A DNA stretch of 64,000 nucleotides, taken from contig OZ240219.1 of NCBI GenBank assembly GCA_965197645.1, positions 736,001-800,000 on the forward strand, written 5' to 3'. The stretch comes from Dehalococcoidia bacterium (GTDB lineage: Bacteria > Chloroflexota > Dehalococcoidia > Plut-88900). Position 1 is the first letter of the stretch; every line of letters begins with the position of its first letter. The notes under the pieces were generated by a model. The model did not search any database. It was not told where the DNA came from and saw only the letters and a program-made list of their open reading frames with translations. Positions 19,193 through 29,527 of this stretch are shown here, piece after piece. Both the position numbers and the translations under genes were made by a program.

Positions 19193-20224
19193 ATGAAAGT
19201 AGGGATACTGAACGTAACCGGGTACGCTGGCGCGGAGCTGGCGAGGGTGCTGCACAACCACCGGGAGGTGGAGCTGACCTCGGTCACCGGGCGGAGCGCC
19301 CAGGGACAGGGGCTGGGGGAGGTGTTTCCCCACCTGGCAGACATCGACCTGACCATCGAAGCGGAGCTGGGCGGCATCGACTTTGTCTTCTCCGCCCTGC
19401 CCCACAAGTCCAGCGCCGAGAGGGTAGCCCCCCTGGTGGGGCCCGACGTCCGAGTCGTGGACATCAGCGCCGACTTCCGGCTGAACAGCCCCCAGGTATA
19501 CGAGGAGTGGTACGAAGTGCCCCACCCCGCTCCCCAACTCCTGGAAGAGTCGGTATACGGGCTCACCGAGCTTTACCGGCCCCAGGTGGAGTCGGCTCGG
19601 GTCGTGGCCAACCCCGGCTGCTATCCCACCTCGGCCATACTGGGACTGGCGCCGTTGGTGAAGGAGCAGCTGATCGGCCCCGATATCATCGTGGACAGCA
19701 AGTCCGGCATTTCGGGAGCGGGTCGAGGCTTCAGCCTCAAGACCCACTTCTCCGAAGTGAACGAGAACACCATGGCCTACGGGCTCAGCGGACACCGGCA
19801 CCTGCCGGAGATCGTGCAGGAGCTGGAGCTGTTGGACTCATCGCGGAAACCCAGGGTTACCTTTCTGCCCCACCTGGTGCCCATGACCCGGGGCATACTG
19901 AGCTCATGCTACGCCACCTTGGCGGACTCCAAGATATCGGTAGACGAGAAGGGACAGCAGGAGCTAACGGACCTGTACAGGGAGTTCTATAGAGACGATC
20001 CTTTCGTGAAGGTGGTGGAGTCGCCGCCTCAGACCAAGCAGACCTGGGGCAACAACGACTGTCTGATCCATCCCACCATCGATCTCAGAACGGGCCGAGC
20101 CGTGGTCATAAGCTGCCTGGACAACCTGGTGAAGGGGGCGGCGGGTCAGGCGGTGCAGAACATGAACGTGATGCTGGGCTATCCTGAAACGACGGGTCTG
20201 GAGTCGATAGCCCTCTACCCTTGA
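19193..20224 (+). CDS. argC: N-acetyl-gamma-glutamyl-phosphate reductase
   Basis: TGYAG, ANPGCYPT, SGISGAG, DNLVKGAAGQAVQNMN. Confidence 0.97.
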   Translation: MKVGILNVTGYAGAELARVLHNHREVELTSVTGRSAQGQGLGEVFPHLADIDLTIEAELGGIDFVFSALPHKSSAERVAPLVGPDVRVVDISADFRLNSPQVYEEWYEVPHPAPQLLEESVYGLTELYRPQVESARVVANPGCYPTSAILGLAPLVKEQLIGPDIIVDSKSGISGAGRGFSLKTHFSEVNENTMAYGLSGHRHLPEIVQELELLDSSRKPRVTFLPHLVPMTRGILSSCYATLADSKISVDEKGQQELTDLYREFYRDDPFVKVVESPPQTKQTWGNNDCLIHPTIDLRTGRAVVISCLDNLVKGAAGQAVQNMNVMLGYPETTGLESIALYP

Positions 20225-20307
20225 TCTGTCCTCCGATAGCGTTGCGCGTAGGTTGAGCCCTTCTTATACTGTGTCGGGTTTATATCTCACTGGCAGGGTA
20301 TGGGCGC

Positions 20308-20383
20308 GTCCCCATCGTCTAGAGGCCTAGGACACCACCCTTTCAAGGTGGCGACACGGGTTCGAATCCCGTTGGGGATACCA
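20308..20383 (+). tRNA. tRNA-Glu (TTC)
   Basis: Cloverleaf GTCCCCA/TGGGGAT, anticodon arm CCACC-CTTTCAA-GGTGG, GGTTCGAATCC, encoded CCA. Confidence 0.97.
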
Positions 20384-20580
20384 CCCTTTGAAAGTAGCAA
20401 CACAGGATTTTGACTCCGCCGCGAACATCAAAGCCCCATTTCGCTGACTAGCTTGGCCGACGCTTAGATTGACGGCTGCTTAGGGCGAGAGTTCATCCTG
20501 AATGCCGGCGCTCGTGGCTACCTGAACATCGGGCCCGTTCTTACCTTCTGAGGAAAGGGGCCCGAAGAGTTTCACGTATT

Positions 20581-21591
20581 TTACGCTCGCAGGGGAACGC
20601 TGACCTGATGCAGATGCTGGAGGATCTCCCTGTAGGACTGAAGTACCGTGGTCTCATGGTAGGAGAGACCATTCGCCTGGCAAAAAGCCTTGACAGTTTT
20701 CTGCGCTTCTCTCAGGTTGTTTCTGGGCATCTTCGGGAACAGATGGTGCTCAATCTGGTAATTGAGACCGCCGTACCAGAAGTCAGTAAAATGATTCGGC
20801 TTCACGTTTCGGGAAGTAAGGACCTGCCTCTGAAGGAAATCAAGCTGACTATCTTTCTCCACTGTAAGCATGCCCTTGTGGTTCGGGGCAAAAACCGGAC
20901 CAATGCAAAGACCAAATAGCATCTGATGGACCACGATGAATAGTGCTCCATGCCAGGCGCCCAAGAAATAGAACACTAGGGTTAAGTACGCTGCGAAATG
21001 GAAGGCCACCAGCAGCGGTTCGGCTACAGGATATTTAACTTTCGTCCGAAGCAGATACTGGATCCCACCAAGCCGCAGTCCGAACCCTTCGAGACTGAGC
21101 ATTAGAATAAAGAGGTAGGACTGGTATTTTACGATTAGTCTATATAACCCCATTTTTCTAACGGCCTGCTCACTGGTGAAAGCCAAGATGGGGAAATCAG
21201 CGTCAGGGTCCAAGTCTACGTTATTGGGGTAAGCGTGATGCCGATTGTGCTTGTTGACCCACCAACTCCGGTCCACGCCCAGAAGGAGGGAGACAATGAG
21301 GCCAACGACCTCGTTCTTCCGACTTGAATGGAAGATCTGCAGGTGGCCGGCGTCGTGGCCAATGAAGGAAAGCTGGGCAAAAACGAAGGCCAAAAAAGCA
21401 GCGTTTAGGAGTTGTAACCAGAGGCCGTCTGCTACTATCAGGAAAGCGATACTAAGTGTCAGCAGGCTCAGAGTAAGAATGATCTTTGGAGCGTAGTAAC
21501 CTAGCTGCCGCTCCATCAACCCTTGCTGATAGATTACCTTCTTTATTTCGGCGTAGCTATTCGACTGCAAGTTCAGTGGACTGACTCTCAT
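20581..21591 (-). CDS. Membrane fatty-acid (acyl-CoA) desaturase
   Basis: His boxes HDAGH, HNRHH, QIEHHLFP; lower GC than flanks. Confidence 0.93.
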   Translation of the reverse strand: MRVSPLNLQSNSYAEIKKVIYQQGLMERQLGYYAPKIILTLSLLTLSIAFLIVADGLWLQLLNAAFLAFVFAQLSFIGHDAGHLQIFHSSRKNEVVGLIVSLLLGVDRSWWVNKHNRHHAYPNNVDLDPDADFPILAFTSEQAVRKMGLYRLIVKYQSYLFILMLSLEGFGLRLGGIQYLLRTKVKYPVAEPLLVAFHFAAYLTLVFYFLGAWHGALFIVVHQMLFGLCIGPVFAPNHKGMLTVEKDSQLDFLQRQVLTSRNVKPNHFTDFWYGGLNYQIEHHLFPKMPRNNLREAQKTVKAFCQANGLSYHETTVLQSYREILQHLHQVSVPLRA

Positions 21592-21936
21592 GAACCGGAC
21601 TGTAGCATGCCATCCAAACCGTCCTGTCCGACTATTCTCACTTTATTCTTTGTAAATTACAAGCGGATCGTGGGTTCGATTCACCGTTGAACTGGACATA
21701 TGATGATCGTCATCAGGGACCAGATGGATTTCAGAAGCAAGACGGCCCCACTCGACCTAGAGGACAGCCGGTAACACCAAGTGTACATTCTTGGCATCAA
21801 TGAGGCAAGGTGATAATAGGATAGCGAGATTCGAAAATATAGCCGTTAGTAGCACCAAAGCCTCCTGTAGGTTAAAGAGCTCACAGTTATTAAAGACTAA
21901 TGGGGCGGAAAGAGCGAAAACAGGCTCGCTGAAGGC

Positions 21937-23121
21937 CTAGCCGGTCCTCGGGGTAGCTTCTCGCTGGAGCTGGGGTATCACCCGTTCGGCAAACAGCTCC
22001 AAGCCTCGATAGACCGAAGAGAAGGGGATGAATCCCGGGTTGGGCCAGAGGGTCACGTGCTGGCAGTTGAGCTCGGACCGCAGCTTGTCTATCTTCTCGG
22101 CCACGTAGTCCGGCGAACCTATCAAAGTGACCTCCTTTTCCTGAAGGAAGTCGAACCAGTCTTTGTTCATGTCATCGTCGGTCAGCTCTTCGTCGGCGGC
22201 GATGCATCCCTTCCGAGCCCAGTTATCGTTGATGCCGGCGTTGATGTTGAAAAAGGCGTTGACGCCGGGGCGAGCCTCAGCTTCGGCCTGCTCCTGGGTC
22301 TCGGCCATGTGAAAGGTTCTCATTACGTTGAGGGTCAGGCCGTCGGCCGTCCGTCCCATGGGGACGGCCTTACCAGACACCCTGGATGCCGTGTCCCGGT
22401 AGGCGGTCCAAGCCTCCCGCAGCCCTGCGAAGGTCCGACCCACAACGGTCGTCGATATCCCCTGCTCGGCGGCAAAGACGTAGGACCTGGTGGAGTCCGC
22501 CGCCTGGTAGATGGGTGGATGCGGTTTCTGGTAGGGCTTCGGCATGACGCCCAGGGCTATGAGCTCGCCATCGGGCCCGTAGTGGGTGGAGTCACCGACG
22601 TATATCCTCGGATCGTCCTCCTTCCAGCCGGGCACAGGCAGCTTGTAGAACTCTCCATCGTAGGAGAGGGCATCCTCGGTCCACGCCCTTCGTATGATGT
22701 CCAGGGACTCCTTGAACAGGGCGTAGTTTCGCTCCTGGTTCCTCCGATCGGCGTTGACGTTGAACTGGATGCTGGTGCTGCTGTTGGTGCCCCGGGCGAT
22801 CCCCACGTCGAGGCGACCTCTGGTGATCTGGTCGAGCATCGCCAGGTCCTCGGCCAAGCGGATGGGGTGCCAGTCGGGCAGAATGCAGGCCGTCTGTCCC
22901 ACGCGCAAGTTCTCCGTGTACGTGGCCAGATGGGTACCGATGAGAACGGGGTTGGGGGCGGCCACGGGATAGCCGCTGTACCAGAAATGGTGCTCGCCGA
23001 GCCAGATGGTGGTGAAATCGGTCTCGTCGTAGAGCTTGGCGGTCTGACGCCACTCGTCCATCATCACGTCGACGGGGTACGGTTCAAGCTCGTGGTAGTA
23101 GACATTGCTATCGAAACGCAT
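21937..23121 (-). CDS. Luciferase-like (LLM) flavin-dependent monooxygenase
   Basis: IWLGEHHF, HPIRLAEDLAMLD.ITRGRL, PKPYQKPHPP, LELFAERVIP. Confidence 0.93.
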   Translation of the reverse strand: MRFDSNVYYHELEPYPVDVMMDEWRQTAKLYDETDFTTIWLGEHHFWYSGYPVAAPNPVLIGTHLATYTENLRVGQTACILPDWHPIRLAEDLAMLDQITRGRLDVGIARGTNSSTSIQFNVNADRRNQERNYALFKESLDIIRRAWTEDALSYDGEFYKLPVPGWKEDDPRIYVGDSTHYGPDGELIALGVMPKPYQKPHPPIYQAADSTRSYVFAAEQGISTTVVGRTFAGLREAWTAYRDTASRVSGKAVPMGRTADGLTLNVMRTFHMAETQEQAEAEARPGVNAFFNINAGINDNWARKGCIAADEELTDDDMNKDWFDFLQEKEVTLIGSPDYVAEKIDKLRSELNCQHVTLWPNPGFIPFSSVYRGLELFAERVIPQLQREATPRTG

Positions 23122-23327
23122 TGCACCCTCCAGACTTACGCCCGCCGGTTTCCGACGGCGGCAACTAGTTTATAGCGTGGGTCTGCAGATGTAAAATTTC
23201 CGGGCCTGAACTTACCTCAAGCAGGCCCCCTGATAGAGGAGGCCCGGGGGGATGGTCGCGGAGGGGGTATCAAAGCAGACCCCGATCCCTGGGATGTGAT
23301 AAGCTCCACCTGCGCCACAGCCCAGTC

Positions 23328-24725
23328 ATGAAGGAGGCAGCCGTGGACCTGGTCATCAAGAATGGCACCGTCATCACATCGGGAAGCCGGTTTGTTGGAG
23401 ACGTGGGTATACGGGACGGTAAGGTAGCCCAGCTCGGCGGCGAGATTACTGCAGGCAGAGAGATCGATGCCTCGGGCAAGCTGGTCATTCCCGGAGGCAT
23501 CGATATACACGTACACTTAGAGCGGGCCGAGATGCTCACCGGGGAGGGCGAGCCGAGGATGGTTGACGACGTCTATACAGGGACCGTCGGCGCAGCGGTC
23601 GGGGGCGTGACCACCGTCGGCAACATGATCCACCCTGAGCCCGGCGAGCGGCTCACCCCCTTCCAGCTGTTGGAGCGGGCCGAGCCCGATGCCCTGGCCA
23701 ACAGCGTAATAGACTTCACCCAGCATCCGGTCATCACCTATCCCTCTGCCGAGGTCATCGAGCAGATACCGGACCTGGTTGGCGCCGGCTACTCGTCCCT
23801 CAAGATCTTCACCGATCTGGGGTTTCAAAAGAACGTGGCCGAGTTCGCACGGGTGCTGGAGACGGCCGGGCGGAGCGGGGTCCTGCCCATGATCCACTGC
23901 GAGGACTGGGCCATAGATACCTACCTGGAGAATCGTCTCAACGCCCAGGGCAAGTCCGACGTCACCTACTACTCGGCGAGCAGGCCCGGCTACGCCGAGG
24001 CCACGGCTACGGTCAGGGCCATGGCCGCCAGCCGCGCCGCCGGCAATCCGATGTACGTGGTACACCTCTCCTCGGCCGCTGCGCTGGAGGAGACCCGTCG
24101 GGCACGCATTAGCGGTCAACCCGTCTACGTCGAGACCCGGCCCATCTACCTCTACTACACCAGCGCCGTACACGAGGAGTCCGACGGCGCCAAGTACACC
24201 GGCTGGCCCCCGTTGCGAGAGGACGCCGACGTCGACGCCCTGTGGGAGGGGCTGAACCTCAGCGACATTCACACCTTCGCCAGCGACCATGCTCCCTGGA
24301 CCCTGGACCAGAAGCTGGACGCCGACCTGAAGCTCGGTACATTCCGACCGGGCATGGCCAACCTGGAAACCCTCATGCCTATGCTCTACTCCGAAGGGGT
24401 GCGCAAAGGCCGGATCTCCATGAACCGGTTCGTCGAGCTGACGTCAACCAACCCCGCCAAGCTCTTCGGGATGTACCCGCAGAAGGGCACCATTGCCATC
24501 GGCTCCGACGCCGACATCCTGGTATGGGACCCGGACCTGAAACGCACCATCCGAGGCGAGGAGATGACCTCCAACGCCGGCTACGACATATACGAGGGCT
24601 GGGAAGTCCTGGGATGGCCGGTGTACACCGTCTCGCGGGGAGATGTGATAGTGGAGAAGGGCGAGATTACCGGGGCCCGGGGCCGAGGCAAGCGGGTGCA
24701 CACCACGGGCCATCAGCCCCTATAG
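23328..24725 (+). CDS. Dihydropyrimidinase/hydantoinase-like cyclic amidohydrolase
   Basis: PGGIDIHVH, SLKIF, IHCE, VVHLS, SDHAP, NPAKLFGMYPQKG. Confidence 0.9.
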   Translation: MKEAAVDLVIKNGTVITSGSRFVGDVGIRDGKVAQLGGEITAGREIDASGKLVIPGGIDIHVHLERAEMLTGEGEPRMVDDVYTGTVGAAVGGVTTVGNMIHPEPGERLTPFQLLERAEPDALANSVIDFTQHPVITYPSAEVIEQIPDLVGAGYSSLKIFTDLGFQKNVAEFARVLETAGRSGVLPMIHCEDWAIDTYLENRLNAQGKSDVTYYSASRPGYAEATATVRAMAASRAAGNPMYVVHLSSAAALEETRRARISGQPVYVETRPIYLYYTSAVHEESDGAKYTGWPPLREDADVDALWEGLNLSDIHTFASDHAPWTLDQKLDADLKLGTFRPGMANLETLMPMLYSEGVRKGRISMNRFVELTSTNPAKLFGMYPQKGTIAIGSDADILVWDPDLKRTIRGEEMTSNAGYDIYEGWEVLGWPVYTVSRGDVIVEKGEITGARGRGKRVHTTGHQPL

Positions 24726-24799
24726 CAGCGTCGCTATCGAGCGGAGGCCTGACCCCCGGATAAGGGGGTTGCTCATCCTCAAGCCTACCTCTCCTCAGT

Positions 24800-25065
24800 C
24801 GCGGCGACGGCAACAGTTAAACTGAGTCCGTACCCCCGTCATTGCGAGCCTCGGCCAAGCCGGGGCGTGGCAATCCAGCCACGTCTAGTCGGTGCCCGCC
24901 AGAGGCGTGTACCCCCACCACCCCAGATTGTTTCGCTCCCTTGCACTCCCCTCAGAACCAACTCCCCTCGCTCGCAACGACGGCAACAGTTAGACCGAGT
25001 CCGTACCCCCCGTCATTGCGAGTCCCGACAACGTCGGGGCGTGGCAATCTAATTGCTTCGCTCCC
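24800..25065. repeat. Family A tandem cluster (reverse orientation)
   Basis: Arms at 24838-24875 and 25012-25049 with intervening GATTGTTTCGC..GCTCGCAACGAC partner arm. Confidence 0.88.
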
Positions 25066-25083
25066 GCCTGCTCCACACTGCAT

Positions 25084-25256
25084 GGGTCTGCCTCAGAACC
25101 TGGCGTCGAGGGAGTCCAGAGGGTTTCTTTCCCTTGATGGCAAATCGAGATTCGGTTGTGCAACCAGCGTCGAAGGTTGGAGTCAGCCTTTCCTACTGCG
25201 GGGGCTTGGGGGGACGTTCCCCCAACCCCAAAATCGTTTCAGGGTGGGTGGGATGG
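25084..25256. repeat. Family B copy with internal insertion
   Basis: GGGTCTGCCTCAGAAC end, GGGAGTCCAGAGGG, TGGGGGGACGTTCCCCCA..CAGGGTGGGTGGGA. Confidence 0.7.
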
Positions 25257-25284
25257 TAGAACCACCTAGGGCGGGACGACCTAG

Positions 25285-27531
25285 CTAAGCCTCTCCGTTC
25301 TTGGCCTTCAACGCCTCCACCACCGCGCCCGGGTTCATGGGCAGCCGCCTCATCCTGACACCGACGGCGTCGTAGATAGCGTTGGCCAGAGCGGCCAGGG
25401 GTGGGGCGATGTTGGCCTCGCCGGCGCCGCGCACTCCGAAGGGATGGCCGGGGTTGGGCACCTCCACTATCACCGACTCGATCATCGGCAGGTCCACGAT
25501 GGTGGGCATCCGATAGTCCAACAGGCTGGAGTTGAGAAGCTGTCCGTCCTTGCCCATGAAATACTCTTCGTTCAACGCCCAACCCACGCCTTGGGCTGCT
25601 CCCCCCTGTATCTGCCCCTCTACGTAGTCGGGGTGTATCGCCTTTCCTACGTCCTGGAAGGCCGTGTACCGGAGTATATCGACCTTGCCCGTTTCATCGT
25701 CCACCTCAACGTCGACGATGTTGGCGGCATAGGAGGGGCCCACGCCCATGGGCAGGACGGTGGCGCTGCCCACTACGGGCCCGCCGGTCCCGGCCAGCAT
25801 ACCCGCCATCTCCTTGAAGCCCAGTTTCAGCTCGGGGTCTGACCGGTGCCGGAGAGCGCCGTCAACGTACTCCACCTGGTCCTCCTCGACCTCCCAGATC
25901 CTGGCTGTCCGCTGGATCAGCTGCTTCCTGATGTCCATGCCGGCATCGTGGGCTGCGAAGCCCGTCTTGAAGGCCACGCTGCTCCCGCCTGTAGGGGAGG
26001 TGTAGCCGACGGTATCGGTATCGGCCACCTGGGGAATGACGTCCTCGACGGGAATCCCCAAGACCTCGGCCAGCTGCTGGGCCACGGCGGCCCTGCTGCC
26101 CCCGATATCCGGCGAGCCCTCGATGAGGCTGACTTTGCCATCGGACAGGACGCTGACCACCGCGGCGGCCGGGCCCGTATTGTTGCGGCAGAAGCCCATC
26201 GAAAGCCCCCGCCCTCGGTTCTTCCCCTCCAGAGGCGCCTCGAAGTGAGGGTGACCCTTCATCGCCTCCATCACTTCCTTGGCGCCGATCCGCTTGTTCT
26301 TGGCGCCATCCGCCCGACGAGACCCCTCCTCGGCTACGTTGGCCAGCCGAAAGTCTATCGGGTCCATCTTCAGCTCTTCGGCGATCTCGTCCATCAGCGC
26401 TTCAATGGCGAAGGTGACGTTGGGGGCGCCCGGGGCCCTGTAGGCGGAGGTCTTGGGCTTGTTGTCCACCACGTCGTAGCCCTCCACCTGCAGATTATCA
26501 ACATAGTAGGGAGCGAAGATGGCTGCCGTGGCGGCGGCGACGGGCGCGCCGGGATAGGCGCCCGCTTCGAAATAGAAGGATGCGTGAGCGGCGGTGATTT
26601 TGCCTTCCTTAGTGACCCCTATCTTGGCCCTGGTGTAGCTTCCGCAGGTGGGCCCTGTGGACTCCAGCACCTCGGCCCTGGTCATGGTCATGTGGACCGG
26701 CTTGCCGCTCTTTTTCGATAGTGCGGCGGCCAACGGCTCCAGGTATGCGCCCAGCTTGCCGCCGAACCCGCCGCCGATCTCCATAGGCACCACCTTCACC
26801 TGGGAGGGCGGAATCCCCAGTATCTCCGCCGTCTGGTCCCGGATGGTGAAGTGCCCCTGGCTGCTGCACCAGACCGTCAACCGGCCGTCGGGCGCCCAGG
26901 ACGCGGTAGCATTCTGAGGCTCGATGTAGCCCTGGTGCACCGTTTTCGTCCTGTACTCCCGCTCGAGTACCAGGTCAGCCTCGGCGAACCCCTTTTCCAG
27001 GTCGCCGAACTGGTGCTGTTGATGGCTGGCAACGTTGAGCGACTCTGACCCGTTCTCCGACGGAGACCAGTGTTCGTGCAGCACCGGCGCATCCGGCTTC
27101 ATCGCATCTTCCACGTCGAAGACCGGCGGCAGCACCTCGTACTCTACGTCGATGAGGGAAAGGGCCTCTTCGGCATCGTGAGTACTGGTTGCGGCCACCG
27201 CGGCCACCGGGTGGCCAGTGTAAAGCACCTTGTCCCGGGCCAGCATGTTCTCGACGATCACCTGCAGGACCATGACCTCACGCCCGATGGGTTCACCCTG
27301 GGCCAGATCGTTGCCTGTGACCACGGCGCGAACCTGCGGATGTGCCTCGGCCTTGCTGGTATCGATGGACTTCACCCTGGCGTGGGCGTGGGGGCTTCTC
27401 AGCACCTTGCCGTGGAGCATACCCGGAAGCTGGATGTCAGCCCCGTAGCGAGCTGCACCCGTTACCTTCTCCACCCCATCGTGCCTCACCGGTCGCGTCC
27501 CGATAACCTTGTATTCCGATGTAGTAGTCAC
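25285..27531 (-). CDS. Xanthine dehydrogenase family molybdopterin-binding large subunit
   Basis: KVTGAARY, GGGFGGK, AYRAPG, EGQIQGG, RGAGE motifs; 748 aa. Confidence 0.94.
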   Translation of the reverse strand: MTTTSEYKVIGTRPVRHDGVEKVTGAARYGADIQLPGMLHGKVLRSPHAHARVKSIDTSKAEAHPQVRAVVTGNDLAQGEPIGREVMVLQVIVENMLARDKVLYTGHPVAAVAATSTHDAEEALSLIDVEYEVLPPVFDVEDAMKPDAPVLHEHWSPSENGSESLNVASHQQHQFGDLEKGFAEADLVLEREYRTKTVHQGYIEPQNATASWAPDGRLTVWCSSQGHFTIRDQTAEILGIPPSQVKVVPMEIGGGFGGKLGAYLEPLAAALSKKSGKPVHMTMTRAEVLESTGPTCGSYTRAKIGVTKEGKITAAHASFYFEAGAYPGAPVAAATAAIFAPYYVDNLQVEGYDVVDNKPKTSAYRAPGAPNVTFAIEALMDEIAEELKMDPIDFRLANVAEEGSRRADGAKNKRIGAKEVMEAMKGHPHFEAPLEGKNRGRGLSMGFCRNNTGPAAAVVSVLSDGKVSLIEGSPDIGGSRAAVAQQLAEVLGIPVEDVIPQVADTDTVGYTSPTGGSSVAFKTGFAAHDAGMDIRKQLIQRTARIWEVEEDQVEYVDGALRHRSDPELKLGFKEMAGMLAGTGGPVVGSATVLPMGVGPSYAANIVDVEVDDETGKVDILRYTAFQDVGKAIHPDYVEGQIQGGAAQGVGWALNEEYFMGKDGQLLNSSLLDYRMPTIVDLPMIESVIVEVPNPGHPFGVRGAGEANIAPPLAALANAIYDAVGVRMRRLPMNPGAVVEALKAKNGEA

Positions 27532-27688
27532 TGTCGTAAGTCCTTCCCGTCTAATAGCTGTGGTGGGGGACCCTGCCTAGGCTGATATCTTAACACGATC
27601 TGCCCTCATGTTCCCTATTCCCTCGGGTAAGACGGTATACTTACGGGGCCTGGCCACAGCTACCCCAGGGAGACGAAGATGGTAGGGG

Positions 27689-28909
27689 ATGAGCATACAG
27701 TCTAAGGTTGTAGTTGGTCTGCTGGTCATCACCTGCCTGCTGCTGATCGCCTGTGGAGAAAACCCCGATCCCACTCCCACCACGCCCACTCAAACGGTAT
27801 CTCTAGCCCCTGGCCTCCGGCCCCGCGACGAGTGGACCGTCGATAGCCCGGCCACCCTGGCGGAGATCGAGGCGGAGCTGCAGCGGTTCCGGGGCCATAC
27901 CCTGACCTTCGTATCCTGGGGCGGCCCTTACCAGGTCGCTCAGCGCCGGGCCTACCTCGAACCCTTCGAGGAGAGGTTCGGCATAGAGATCATCGAGGAC
28001 CAACCTCCTTCCTGGATCGAGTTGCAGTTCATGCTAGAGCTGGAAGACGTCACCTGGCACGTCCTCGATTTTCCCCAAACGGAGGTGCTCCAACTGGGCG
28101 CCGACGGCATTTTAGAGGAGCTGGATTTCAGCATCATCGATAACCGCCAGTTCGTCGATTCGGCAAAATCGGCCTGGGGGGCCGGGGGAGGCATCACCTG
28201 GTCCACCGTGCTGGCCTACAACACCGACGTCTATCCGGGAGGGCTTCCCGACATGTCCGCCTACTTCGATCCGGTCGGTTACCCCGGCTCACGGGCCTGG
28301 ATCGACGGTGCAGGGCCCCAGGAGCTGTTTGCCCTGATAGGCGATAACCCCGGCCTGCTGGACACCCCGGAGGGCCGGGAGAGCCTGTCCAGCCTCTCGG
28401 AAGAGCAACTGGACCACGCCTACCGGCTCATGGACTCCCACCGGAGCCAGATCGAGACCTACTGGTCGGGCGGCGTCGACTGCCGCTTCCTCGTCGGCAC
28501 TGCAGAGATCGATATCTCCACCTGTTGGAATGGCCGGGTCTACGACGTCCAGCAGATAGGCGCTCCCATAGGCATTTGCTGGCACTGCGGGCACCTAGTG
28601 CAGACCGAAACCTGGGTCATCCCCAAGGGTGTCAGCGAAGATCCGGACAAGTTCTACCTGGCACAGCTCTTCATGGCCTGGGCCTCCTTCCCCGAGAGGA
28701 ACGTCGAGCTGACCCGGTACATCAGCTACGGCCCTGTCAACCAGGCCTCGATCCCCCTGCTGAACGACGAGTCCTTCGATCACGTTCGCGACCACCTGCC
28801 CACCTCCCCCACCAACCTCCAGTACGCCATCTTCCTAGACGAGCAGTGGGCCAGCGAGACGGCCATCTCCAGGGCTCAGCGATACCTGGAGTGGCAACAG
28901 AGCTTTTGA
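27689..28909 (+). CDS. Lipoprotein solute-binding protein (PotD/PotF-like)
   Basis: Lipobox LLIAC, SWGGPYQ.AQ, LAYNTD, WNGR, YGPVN. Confidence 0.85.
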   Translation: MSIQSKVVVGLLVITCLLLIACGENPDPTPTTPTQTVSLAPGLRPRDEWTVDSPATLAEIEAELQRFRGHTLTFVSWGGPYQVAQRRAYLEPFEERFGIEIIEDQPPSWIELQFMLELEDVTWHVLDFPQTEVLQLGADGILEELDFSIIDNRQFVDSAKSAWGAGGGITWSTVLAYNTDVYPGGLPDMSAYFDPVGYPGSRAWIDGAGPQELFALIGDNPGLLDTPEGRESLSSLSEEQLDHAYRLMDSHRSQIETYWSGGVDCRFLVGTAEIDISTCWNGRVYDVQQIGAPIGICWHCGHLVQTETWVIPKGVSEDPDKFYLAQLFMAWASFPERNVELTRYISYGPVNQASIPLLNDESFDHVRDHLPTSPTNLQYAIFLDEQWASETAISRAQRYLEWQQSF

Positions 28910-29092
28910 GTTTCCGCGGGAGATGTGAGGGAGCCTTCGCACTTAAACCCCACGTTTCCTCAAGGTATGAGGGCCGCTCATCAAGGCAGAGGGGGAAGGG
29001 AGCCTCGATTGCGATCCGGGTTGGGTGGGAGGGAAAACGATCTTGGAAGAAAGCCTGAGCTTCTTGAAAGGTGGCTCTACGCGCATTCGCTG

Positions 29093-29405
29093 GATTGCCA
29101 CGCCCCGCCTTTGTCGGGGCTCGCAATGACATAGGTATGGATTCAATCTAACCCTGGGCGTCGTTGCGAGCGAGGGGAGTTAGTCCTAGGGGTTGAAGGG
29201 AGCGAAGCAATCTGGGGAGGAGGGGCATACGTCTCCGGTGGGCAATGACCAAACCTGGGTAGATTGCCACACCCCGACCTTGTCGGGGCTCGCAATGACG
29301 GAGGGGGCGTATCCGGGGAGTCCGGAGGGCATCCCTCTGGCAGGGGGTGTGGGGGATGTGCTCCCAATCTACAGAATAATCGTACCAGGGCGGGTGGGAG
29401 GGAAA
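29093..29405. repeat. Mosaic cluster: family A arms (29093-29130, 29262-29299) plus family B core
   Basis: Direct sequence match to other copies. Confidence 0.88.
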
Positions 29406-29527
29406 AGCAACGCGGTGTGGGCTGGCACGTGAAGAGGATTCCTCGACGGACTGGGAATGACCTGACCAGGGAACACCCTATAGCTCTCGCAAAGAGTGAA
29501 AGCCGCTGTGCACACCCGAGTTTGTTC

